DNA from: Gemmatimonadales bacterium
Lineage (GTDB): Bacteria; Gemmatimonadota; Gemmatimonadetes; Gemmatimonadales; GWC2-71-9
Assembly: GCA_965249575.1 (NCBI GenBank)
Contig: OZ252244.1
Span: forward strand, 1,935,127-1,999,126
DNA length: 64,000 nt
Direction: 5' to 3'
Part shown: positions 56,290 through 64,000 of the stretch, in pieces
How positions within the stretch are numbered: position 1 is the first letter of the stretch
How the letters are laid out: the number at the start of each line of letters is the position of its first letter
The notes under the pieces: generated by a model
Databases searched by the model: none
The model's input: only the letters and a program-made list of their open reading frames with translations
Told to the model about the DNA's origin: nothing
Made by a program: the position numbers and the translations under genes

Positions 56290-57688
56290 ATGGTGACAGA
56301 CGAACGAGACATGACACCGGGTGGGGAACAAGCGAGCGCGCTCATACAGCGATATCCGCTCGCCGAGGCGATACCGCCCGAGAAGCTCGAAGCGGAGATC
56401 GCGCAGATCGACCGGCTAGAAGCGGCGCCGTTCGGCAGGAGGGTCTCTGGCTACCTCCGGCTGACCGGACCGGGCTTCATGGGAGCGGCGCTCACCTTGG
56501 GAGCGGGCACGCTCGCAGGGGCGATGCTGTCGGGCGCCCGGTTTGGATATCGGACGCTTTGGATGGTGTGGCTCTCGGTTGGGCTGGGGATGTTCATGCT
56601 GGCGGCCTCGGCCCGCTTTACGAGCAAGGGCGGGTTCCGCGTCATACCTACCCAGAACCGGCTTCACGGGCGCCTGGTCGGATCGGTGCTCACCGGTATC
56701 GTCGGATGCGCCTTCGTCGGAATCGTGTTCAGCTTCGGTCAGTACTCCCTCTCCACGCATCTCATCGAATCCCTGGCGGCGCTGAGCGGATTCGAGTTCC
56801 CCCGTACGATGAACTGGGTTCTCGTCTTCGCTCTCACGGCCTCCTTGACCCTGCTCTATGGCAGGAAGGACGGGCGTGGTATCGGTCGTGTCGAATCGTT
56901 CATGAAGGTTTGCGTCCTCATCAATGTTGCTTGGTTTCGGCGCGACGCTGCTCGTCGTCGGAGTGCAGTGGAACGAGTTGCTCCGGGGGATCTTCGTCCC
57001 ATGGTTGCCTCGAGGGTTCGAAGGTATCACGCTGTTCGTGGCGTCCTCGACCGCGGCGATCGGAGTGATGGACTGGGTGTTTTTTCACTATGCCGGACTC
57101 GCGCGGGGCTGGGGACCGAAACACGAAGGGCTGGCGCGGTATGACATGTTCGTTGGTTTCTTTCTGCCCTTCGTTCTCATCAACTGCATGGTCATCGCCG
57201 TCTTCTCGGAGACTCTGTATGGTAAGGCTCATCCCGAGACGGCCGCCGATCTGGCGCGGTCGCTCCAGCCCCTCCTCGGCGCGTATTGGTCGCAGGTCTT
57301 GTTTTACCTCGGATTTCTTGCGGTTCCGGTCAGTACGATCGTAGGCATGAGCATCGTGACGGCGATTGCCATTCACGAAGCGTTCGGCTGGACTCCGGAC
57401 ACGACGTCGCTCAGGTGGAAGGTCACTGCCCTTCTACCACAGATTGGATTCCTCGGTGTTTGGCATCCACGGCCCGTCTGGTTGATAATCATCATCGGCG
57501 CGTTCCTGTCGCTGTCGCAGAACTTCGTTGGGTGGAGCTTTTATCTCCTCGCGAACAACAAGAAGCTGCTGGGTGAAGACCGCTGCAAGAGCCGGTTCTG
57601 GAACGGCGGTATGCTCCTCGACGTGACGCTCATCAACTGCGTCAGCATCATCTACGTTTTGAGCTTGTTGAACCTGTGGCCGGAGTAA
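56290..57688 (+). pseudogene. NRAMP-like membrane transporter split by a 1-nt insertion near 56923
   Basis: ORF 56290..57144 has ...LTGPGFMGAALTLGAGTLAGAMLSGARFGYRTLWMVW...FMKVCVLI. ORF 56924..57688 continues with MLLGFGATLLVVGV... to the C-terminus. Deleting one A in atcaatg joins them. LGAGT replaces the NRAMP DPGN motif. Confidence 0.65.
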
Positions 57689-57904
57689 ACGACAGATGCA
57701 CCTAAACCAACGAATCGGGCCGTTGACGCTGCGAACATGGGGCCTCGTCCTCAACCTAGTCGGTAACGTGCTGCTTCTGCACGGTGCGGTCACCTTTCTC
57801 ACCGGCGGCGCCGGACCTCTCGAAATGGCGGTCGGCGGTGCCGTTACGGCGGCTTGTCTTTTCATTCTGTCGGCGCCCACGACTTGATGATGGAGGCTCG
57901 AACC

Positions 57905-59221
57905 ATGAAGTCCGTACTAGCGCTGCTCTACATCGGATTGGGCGCTGTCGGTGCGCAGGCTCAGACGCCCATCGTCATTAGAAACGCCGTCATCATTGAC
58001 GGCAGTGGCGGGTCGCCGATCGAGAATGGCTCTGTAGTCATCCGCGGCCGGACGATCGAGGCCGTCGGGGCGGCCGCGAACGTTGTGCCACCCCCTGGCG
58101 CCCGGGTCATCGACGCGAAGGGAAGCGCGGTCATGCCCGGCTTGGCGGACATGCACGTGCACTTGACCGGCGGGTGGGACGGGATCTCTGTGGACTTGCT
58201 CAGTTATCGGAGATACCTCAACGCGCTGCTGTTCGCTGGCGTGACGACTGTACTCGACGTCGGCAACGTGCAGCCCTACGTGCTTCAACTGCGGCAGGAG
58301 GTAGCAGCGGGCCGGCTCGCCGGGCCGCGAATCTACGCGGCGGGCGCACTGCTCGACGGAGCCGATCCGGCATGGCCCCCGATCTCTTACACGGTCTCGT
58401 CGGTGGAACAGGTCCCGGCGCTCGTGCGGCGGCAGAAACGAGACGGTGTCGACATCCTCAAGGCCTATCACGGGCTGTCGCTCCAGATGATCGGTGCTCT
58501 CGCGCGAGAGGCAAACAAGCACTCACTAGCCGTGATCATGGACAACAGGTCGGTATCGTGGGATCGTGTCGTCGATTCCGGCATCCGGGCGTTCGCTCAC
58601 CTGCCGGCCGGCATCTCGAACGAGGCCGTGGCGTCGATGAAGGAAAACGGTGTTCACGTCATAACGACGCTCGCCGTCAGGGAGCGGCGGCGTCGGTTGG
58701 CGGATCTCACGTTCGTTGAGCATCCTGTCATTCGCGATGCGTGGCCCACGTTTTTCCTGGACGACCTCCGGGCCCGAGCCGCGCAGTCCGATGCACCGGA
58801 CGCTGAGACGCTCGCCCGGATCGATCTCACAATGCTCGAGACCAAGCGGCTGTTCGATGCGGGAATAATGCTGGTGGGCGGAACCGACGCCCCCTATCCC
58901 GGAGTCTTTCAGGGAGAGAGCATCCACCACGAGATGGAACTGTTCGTGGAGGCGGGGCTCACACCGCTGCAGGCTATCTCAGCGGTCACCAAGAACGCCG
59001 CGATCCTGATGGGCGCGGGAGACGAGTGGGGGACGCTCGCTCCGGGGCGCGCGGCGGACATGATCGTGGTCGCGGGACGCCCCGATCGAAACGTCGGTGA
59101 TTCACGAAACATCGAGATGGTCATTCAGCAGGGGAAGGTCCTGGATCGGAGTGACCTCGCGTACGATCCCGAGCGGGATACTGGATTCTTAGTCGGCGCG
59201 TCGGCCTCGTCGACGCAGTAG
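57905..59221 (+). CDS. Secreted amidohydrolase-family metallo-hydrolase
   Basis: ATG 57905. Signal MKSVLALLYIGLGAVGAQAQ. VIIDGSGG...VMPGLADMHVHL (HxH motif). ...GGTDAPYPG..., ...PGRAADMIVV. Confidence 0.8.
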   Translation: MKSVLALLYIGLGAVGAQAQTPIVIRNAVIIDGSGGSPIENGSVVIRGRTIEAVGAAANVVPPPGARVIDAKGSAVMPGLADMHVHLTGGWDGISVDLLSYRRYLNALLFAGVTTVLDVGNVQPYVLQLRQEVAAGRLAGPRIYAAGALLDGADPAWPPISYTVSSVEQVPALVRRQKRDGVDILKAYHGLSLQMIGALAREANKHSLAVIMDNRSVSWDRVVDSGIRAFAHLPAGISNEAVASMKENGVHVITTLAVRERRRRLADLTFVEHPVIRDAWPTFFLDDLRARAAQSDAPDAETLARIDLTMLETKRLFDAGIMLVGGTDAPYPGVFQGESIHHEMELFVEAGLTPLQAISAVTKNAAILMGAGDEWGTLAPGRAADMIVVAGRPDRNVGDSRNIEMVIQQGKVLDRSDLAYDPERDTGFLVGASASSTQ

Positions 59222-59307
59222 CGTCGGTTTCAGAGGTCGCCGCATGCCCGAGGGCCAGCATGTCGATTGACCTACGCCAAGGTCTGCGCTGAATCGTTGG
59301 AGGGTCG

Positions 59308-60177
59308 CTAGCCCACGATCGCCAGGCGTGTCCCAAGAATCTTCTCGGGATCGACCCATGCGATGCGGCGACCGAACCACGAAGTGGCGGGACCGAGTGG
59401 AAGCCGGATTGCCGTGGCCTGGAAATCGCGTGTCTTCAAGAGGACGGCGCAAGGGCCTTCTCCCAGGCGGTTGAGGCGGTCACTCAACCAGTCGCTTGGT
59501 GAGTCGGGAATCGCGAGCGCGACAGGAGTGTCCGGAAATCGGCTCACGGTGGCGCCGAGAGGTGCGTGGCGCTCGCTCATCAAGCCGTTCCAGCCGAAGA
59601 GCGCTTGGAAACGGGAAGCAACGGGCCCAAGAGCGTGGACGGCGATGACCACGCTGTCGACTCCCTCGAGTTCGCTTCCCGTCACGCTCGCCGATGGCTG
59701 GACTCGGTGACTCCGAGGCGTCCGGTCGTGGATCACGAAGGGCAGCGTCTGTCCGGGCTGGCCGTCGCCTAGAAACGCCATGTCCCATTCGACGAGCGTG
59801 CCGTCAGGCCGCTGCCGGTGGTAGTATGTGGGTCCCTCGACTGGGATGGAGACCGCATTGGCGCGTGCGACTTCGGCGGCCACGTCGGCGACCTCCGTCG
59901 CCCACCCTGCGGGCCCCGCGTCCTGTTCGATGTAACGCGACCAGAGTGGCGCGGGAATGCCGGGTCGCACGGTCGAGATTAGCTCGAGGTAGGAGCCGTC
60001 GTCAAACGCGAGAAGCGACATGTGCGTCGCTTCATTGGAGTGCACGCCACCGTACTCAGGCTCAAGCCCGATTCCGGCGAATGCTCGCTGCATCTCTGAG
60101 AGATCTCGCCCCGCGATTGCCACGTGGTCGATTCTCAGTTCGTCCCCCACTGTCTGCCTGACGGACGCGGATGCCAT
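59308..60177 (-). CDS. Glyoxalase-like (VOC-fold) domain protein
   Basis: 289 aa. IDHVAIAGRDLSEMQRAFAGIGLEPEYGGVHSNEATHMSLLAFDDGSYLELIS is the typical Glyoxalase_like domain, with a second VOC-like half. Confidence 0.6.
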   Translation of the reverse strand: MASASVRQTVGDELRIDHVAIAGRDLSEMQRAFAGIGLEPEYGGVHSNEATHMSLLAFDDGSYLELISTVRPGIPAPLWSRYIEQDAGPAGWATEVADVAAEVARANAVSIPVEGPTYYHRQRPDGTLVEWDMAFLGDGQPGQTLPFVIHDRTPRSHRVQPSASVTGSELEGVDSVVIAVHALGPVASRFQALFGWNGLMSERHAPLGATVSRFPDTPVALAIPDSPSDWLSDRLNRLGEGPCAVLLKTRDFQATAIRLPLGPATSWFGRRIAWVDPEKILGTRLAIVG

Positions 60178-60246
60178 CGATCGCGCGGCGAGTCATGTGA
60201 GGGGCGGCCGGCATGCCACCCCTCAACCGTCGCGTGCGACCCGACC

Positions 60247-60510
60247 TTAAAAAGAAAAGCTCGTATCGATGAAGAACAACCGCCCCGGCTCTGGTATCGG
60301 CAGCCTAGAGAAGGGGTTTTTGGCGTTCAGGTGGTTTGAATAGTTCTTATCTCCGATGTTCAACACACCGCCTCGGATCTCGAGGCCGCGTACCGGCCTC
60401 AAGCCCCCACGGAAGTCGAAGGTCGCATACGAGTCGGTTTGGATTTCACCGCGCCTCGCCGCGACCTGGTTCTGTCTGGCGACGGGGTGGGCATATTCAC
60501 TCGACGTAGT
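60247..60510 (-). pseudogene. C-terminal remnant of a TonB-dependent receptor (boundaries approximate)
   Basis: The end of ORF 60247..60648 reads ...IQTDSYATFDFRGGLRPVRGLEIRGGVLNIGDKNYSNHLN...PEPGRLFFIDTSFSF*. These are the last barrel strands with a terminal Phe. No plug or barrel lies upstream. Confidence 0.55.
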
Positions 60511-60910
60511 ACCGTACCGCCTCCTCTTCGTATCGCAAATGCAAGTCCGCCGGCCGGGCTCTAAAACCGACCTGAATCTGGCCTGAAGGGCCGGCTCTAG
60601 CGATCTCCGCCGGCCAGCGGTTTGGCTGTTCCGGGGTGCCGCGGCCAATCACTCAAGTCCCCCACTCGACTCGCCGATACCGTTAAGAGTCGTCCGGTCG
60701 TGTGGCCCGGGCTATCTTCGCCTTTTGTTCGGGTCGCGGCTCCGGGCACGCGGATCATATCCCGCCCGGTCCACTCCTTCTTCTGGTCCGAGGCGTGGTG
60801 ATGGCTATTGTCCTAGTACCGTCGATCGAGCGTCCCTCCCACAACTTCATCGAGCGCGAGGTAGAACTCGCCGGCTTCGGCCGAAACGCTCGGGATGCGG
60901 AGGGGTCCTC

Positions 60911-61987
60911 ATGAGAGCGAGCGGCAGCGAGCGGCGAACGGTCTCGAAGGCTGAACGGGGCGTGCTTCACGCCTCTCCCTCGCGAGCATCGAGCGAGCCG
61001 GTCGTTCTGGTCGTAGATGACGATGACGCCGTTCGGTCGACGCTCCAGAAGCTCCTCAGAAGGGAAGGGTATCAGGTGCTCACGTCGTGCGACGGGAGCA
61101 GCGCCCTCCAGGCATTCCGGCGGCACCGGCCCGATCTGGTGCTGCTCGACGTAATCATCCCGGAGCTCGGCGGCTTCGAGGTTTGTCGGATCTTAAAGGA
61201 GAATCCAGAGACGTGTCTCACGCCCGTGGTTCTGCTAACGGGACTGGGTGACGTATCCGACAGGGTACTTGGAATCGAGGCGGGCGCCGACGACTTTCTG
61301 TCGAAGCCTTTCGAGCCGGTCGAGCTCCTGGCCAGAGCGCGATCGTTGGTGCGGCTCAAGGGGTACACTGACGAGCTCGAACACGCCGAGTCTGTGCTGT
61401 TCGCGCTTGCACGAAGCATCGAGGCTCGCGATCCGTACACCGAGGGCCACTGCGAGCGTCTCTCGAGATATGGAAGCGACCTTGGGAAGCGCCTGGGGAT
61501 GCCGCTCGAAGACCTAACGGCGCTCCGCCGCGCTGGAGTCCTCCACGACATCGGAAAAGTCACCGTGCCCGATGCCATTCTTCTAAAGGACGGTCCGCTG
61601 AACCCCGAAGAACAGGGAGTCATGCGCGAACACCCGGTTACCGGAGAGAGAATCTGCGCTTCATTGAGATCCTTCAGTCCTGTGCTACCGATCATTCGCT
61701 ATCACCACGAAAAACTCGATGGCTCAGGGTATCCGGACGAGCTGAGGGGCGACCAGATACCGCTCACCGCCCGGCTACTCCAGATCGTCGACGTGTATGA
61801 CGCATTGACGACGTCCCGGCCGTATCGGCGGGCGCTTCCGCCAAGTGAAGCGTTCGACATCATGGACTCCGAGGTGAGGCGTGGGTGGTGGGATCCCGAG
61901 GTGTTCGCGGAGTTCAGCTCCATGGTGCGGCAACAGTCTGCCGATGATGCAAGTTGCGCAGTATGCGCGGGGCTCGAGGACGGGTGA
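60911..61987 (+). CDS. Response regulator with HD-GYP domain (RpfG-like c-di-GMP phosphodiesterase)
   Basis: ATG 60911. REC has VLVVDDDD...DLVLLDVIIPELGG...DFLSKPF. HD-GYP has GHCERLS...AGVLHDIGKV...HHEKLDGSGYPD. Confidence 0.85.
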   Translation: MRASGSERRTVSKAERGVLHASPSRASSEPVVLVVDDDDAVRSTLQKLLRREGYQVLTSCDGSSALQAFRRHRPDLVLLDVIIPELGGFEVCRILKENPETCLTPVVLLTGLGDVSDRVLGIEAGADDFLSKPFEPVELLARARSLVRLKGYTDELEHAESVLFALARSIEARDPYTEGHCERLSRYGSDLGKRLGMPLEDLTALRRAGVLHDIGKVTVPDAILLKDGPLNPEEQGVMREHPVTGERICASLRSFSPVLPIIRYHHEKLDGSGYPDELRGDQIPLTARLLQIVDVYDALTTSRPYRRALPPSEAFDIMDSEVRRGWWDPEVFAEFSSMVRQQSADDASCAVCAGLEDG

Positions 61988-62112
61988 TCTGGTGAGCGCC
62001 GGACGCCTCGACAGTGGCCATGCACCTCAAGTTGGCGGCGGCTCCTGCCGATACTCTCCGTGTGGAGGTCTGAACTCTCGGATCGCCCCGACGCGTGTTA
62101 GTTGAGGAGCCC

Positions 62113-62427
62113 ATGAGAATCATGATAGCGGACGATGACGCCACCACCCGGGCTAGCTTGCGGATCATGCTCGGGGATCTTGGCCATGAAGTGCTTCAGG
62201 CGTCCGATGGAGCCGAAGCCTGGCAGTTCCTCCAACGCGACTGGGTGCCCGTCGTGATTACCGACTGGTTAATGCCCGAGCCGGATGGTCTTGAGCTATG
62301 CCGTATGATCAGGGAGGAAAACCGGCCGCGCTACACGTATGTAATCCCACGGCGTTTGCCCCGCGTGTTACCAGAGCAAGATAGCTCCACAGCTCGCGCG
62401 TTGCGTGCATCAGTAGCGCACTCATAG
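62113..62427 (+). pseudogene. CheY-like receiver domain, truncated after beta-4
   Basis: MRIMIADDDATTR...VVITDWLMPEPDGLELCRMIRE..RYTYVI, then unrelated PRRLPRVLPEQDSS...*. No frame continues with the expected LTA...K...P(F) elements. Confidence 0.5.
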
Positions 62428-62496
62428 TCCTTCCAGCGGCTGCCGATAATCCCAGAGCGCATTGTCGCCTGCCGTCGCGCTTCTGGAGGATCGAGT

Positions 62497-63363
62497 TTGG
62501 TTGCAATCATCGGGATTCTGGTCGTCATTGGGTCCGTCCTGGGTGGCTTCATGATGGCCAACGGACCGATCCACGCCCTCGTGGTGCCCAGCGAATACGT
62601 GATCATTGGTGGCACGTCAGTGGGGACCATGCTCATTTCGACGCCCCGAACAGTCCTCGCCTCGATCGCTGGAAAGCTGAAGGGAGTGTTGGCCGCTAAC
62701 CCCTTCAACCAGGGGTACTATCTCACGGCACTCAATCTGCAATACGAGCTGTTCCAGCTGGCCCGCAAGGACGGGCTCGTGGCGCTCGAGGCCCACATTG
62801 AGCGGCCGGAGGAGAGCAAGGTCTTCCAGAAGTACCCCGAGGTCTTGGCCCGGCATCACGCAGTCTCGTTCCTCTGCGATTCCCTCCGCCTGGTACTGGT
62901 CGGGAGCGTTCCACCTCACGATCTCGAGCAACTCATGGAGTCAGAGATCGAGGTGCACCACGAGGAAGAGGAAAAGTCCGTCACGGCCCTGACGAAGGTC
63001 GCTGACGCGCTGCCCGCCATCGGGATCGTGGCGGCGGTTCTTGGCATCGTGGTAACCATGCAATCCATCGCCGGTCCCATCGAGGAGATCGGCCACCACG
63101 TCGCCGCGGCGTTAGTCGGTACGTTTTTGGGAGTGCTCCTGTCATACGGATTCGTTCACCCGATCGCCTCCAACATCGAAGCACTCAACCAGGCCGAGGG
63201 CCGCTTTCTGAGTGTCATCAAGGCCGGAGTCGTCGCCTTTGCCAAGGGATTGGCGCCGATCATCTGCGTGGAGTTCGCTCGCCGCGCCATCTTCGCCGGC
63301 GACCGCCCAACCTTCCAAGTGATGGAAGACTCCTGCAAGGGCCTGAAGGGCAAAGTAGCGTGA
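62497..63363 (+). CDS. motA: Flagellar motor stator protein MotA
   Basis: TTG start. MVAIIGILVVIGSVLGGFMMANG...; C-terminal ALPAIGIVAAVLGIVVTM...ALVGTFLGVLLSYGF is the typical MotA/TolQ/ExbB channel region. Followed by motB with a GTGA overlap. Confidence 0.85.
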   Translation: MVAIIGILVVIGSVLGGFMMANGPIHALVVPSEYVIIGGTSVGTMLISTPRTVLASIAGKLKGVLAANPFNQGYYLTALNLQYELFQLARKDGLVALEAHIERPEESKVFQKYPEVLARHHAVSFLCDSLRLVLVGSVPPHDLEQLMESEIEVHHEEEEKSVTALTKVADALPAIGIVAAVLGIVVTMQSIAGPIEEIGHHVAAALVGTFLGVLLSYGFVHPIASNIEALNQAEGRFLSVIKAGVVAFAKGLAPIICVEFARRAIFAGDRPTFQVMEDSCKGLKGKVA

Positions 63364-64000
63364 AAACCGACCGCGAACAGCCGATTGTCATCATTCGCAA
63401 GAAACGCAAGCACAGCGCCCACCACGGCGGTGCGTGGAAGGTGGCGTTCGCGGATTTCATGACGTCGATGATGGCTCTGTTCCTCGTGATGTGGCTGGTT
63501 ACGCAGAGCTCGGACATCAAGTCGGCCGTCGCCGGATACTTTCAGGATCCTTTGGGACGGGCGTCGGAGTTCGGGAGCTCCATCATTCCTGGAGAGGGGG
63601 CCCAGGCCGCAAACGTGCGGCCGCTTTCCCAGCAACAGCTGCTCGACATGACCCGCGATCGCCTCAGGCAGATGGGCGAGCAGATCCGCAGAACGCTTGC
63701 TAGCGCCGAGGAGGGGTCGCACCTGAGCGACCAGATAGAGGTCTCAGTTACCGAAGAGGGACTTCGCATAGAGCTATTGGAAGACTCTGCGAGCACGTTC
63801 TTCCAGACCGGAGTCGCGACTCCCAGCGGCCATGGGGCTGGGCTTCTACACCTCTTGGGCACCGAGCTCAGTGCGCTCACCTACCCCGTGGTCGTCGAAG
63901 GCTACACGGATGCTACGCCCTTCTCACGAGCCGATGGCTACACCAACTGGGAGCTCAGCGTCGACCGGGCAAACGCGGCGCGGCAACTTCTGCGTTTGGG
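63360..64000 (+). CDS. motB: Flagellar motor stator protein MotB (3' end outside the window)
   Basis: Not in the ORF track because no stop falls within the window. My translation from GTG 63360 gives VKTDREQPIVIIRKKRKHSAHHGGAWKVAFADFMTSMMALFLVMWL...VVVEGYTDATPF...NWELSVDRANAARQLL: the MotB plug/TM with conserved Asp, and an OmpA-like domain. Confidence 0.8.
   Translation, partial: MKTDREQPIVIIRKKRKHSAHHGGAWKVAFADFMTSMMALFLVMWLVTQSSDIKSAVAGYFQDPLGRASEFGSSIIPGEGAQAANVRPLSQQQLLDMTRDRLRQMGEQIRRTLASAEEGSHLSDQIEVSVTEEGLRIELLEDSASTFFQTGVATPSGHGAGLLHLLGTELSALTYPVVVEGYTDATPFSRADGYTNWELSVDRANAARQLLRL

Noticed and set aside
57696-57887. 63-aa hydrophobic ORF (MHLNQRIGPLTLRTWGLVLNLVGNVLLLHG...) between the NRAMP-like gene and the amidohydrolase
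   Set aside because: It could be a real two-TM small protein, but it has no RBS-like sequence and no recognisable family, and it overlaps the upstream region of the amidohydrolase ORF. Evidence is insufficient to call it.

Overview
High-GC bacterial chromosomal window (GC judged by eye, not computed), densely coding on both strands. I recognised no rRNA, CRISPR array, transposase, integrase or phage genes. Gene content suggests a diderm, flagellated organism, plausibly Gemmatimonadota-like: TonB-dependent and CarboxypepD_reg outer-membrane proteins, very large Ser/Thr kinases with TM + TPR tails, an ECF sigma module and motAB. This taxonomic guess is inference only.

Content, left to right:
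- Minus-strand haem operon hemD / hemQ::Rieske fusion / hemE / hemY (17-4024), then a TonB-dependent receptor and tRNA-Phe(GAA).
- A decayed stretch: glycosyltransferase remnant, frameshifted PP2C phosphatase and a heavily disrupted Ser/Thr kinase.
- Transporters and small-molecule enzymes: EamA, MATE, alpha/beta hydrolase, VOC, ABM, DinB, M28 peptidase.
- A second large kinase that is split and carries a compensated double frameshift.
- An RdhA-like Fe-S protein, and an ECF sigma/anti-sigma operon containing two CBM48-like domains.
- SDR, SnoaL-like protein, amidase remnant, dihaem cytochrome c, a third (intact) kinase and a truncated GGDEF gene.
- A cluster of 2OG oxygenase / molybdoenzyme::cysteine-desulfurase fusion / arylsulfotransferase-like protein.
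- Copper-related DUF420/DUF411 and a frameshifted RuBisCO-like protein.
- TauE, a sulfocyanin-like cupredoxin and an LVIVD propeller protein.
- A proline-racemase-family gene, an ADH / acyl-CoA ligase / PaaI operon, a frameshifted NRAMP-like gene and an amidohydrolase.
- REC-HD-GYP, a CheY-like remnant and motA-motB (motB runs off the window).

Most notable for follow-up:
1. The 1151-aa Mo/W-bisPGD oxidoreductase::NifS fusion.
2. The HemQ::Rieske fusion.
3. A G-quadruplex-competent G-run/C-run dyad directly upstream of hemD, plus a wider family of locus-specific low-complexity inverted repeats in intergenic regions.
4. An unusually high density of single-base frameshifts, one in-frame stop and several gene remnants. 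This is either assembly indel error or real gene decay, and it must be resolved before any fusion or split call here is trusted.

All calls rest on reading the translated ORFs and the raw sequence. No searches or computations were run.
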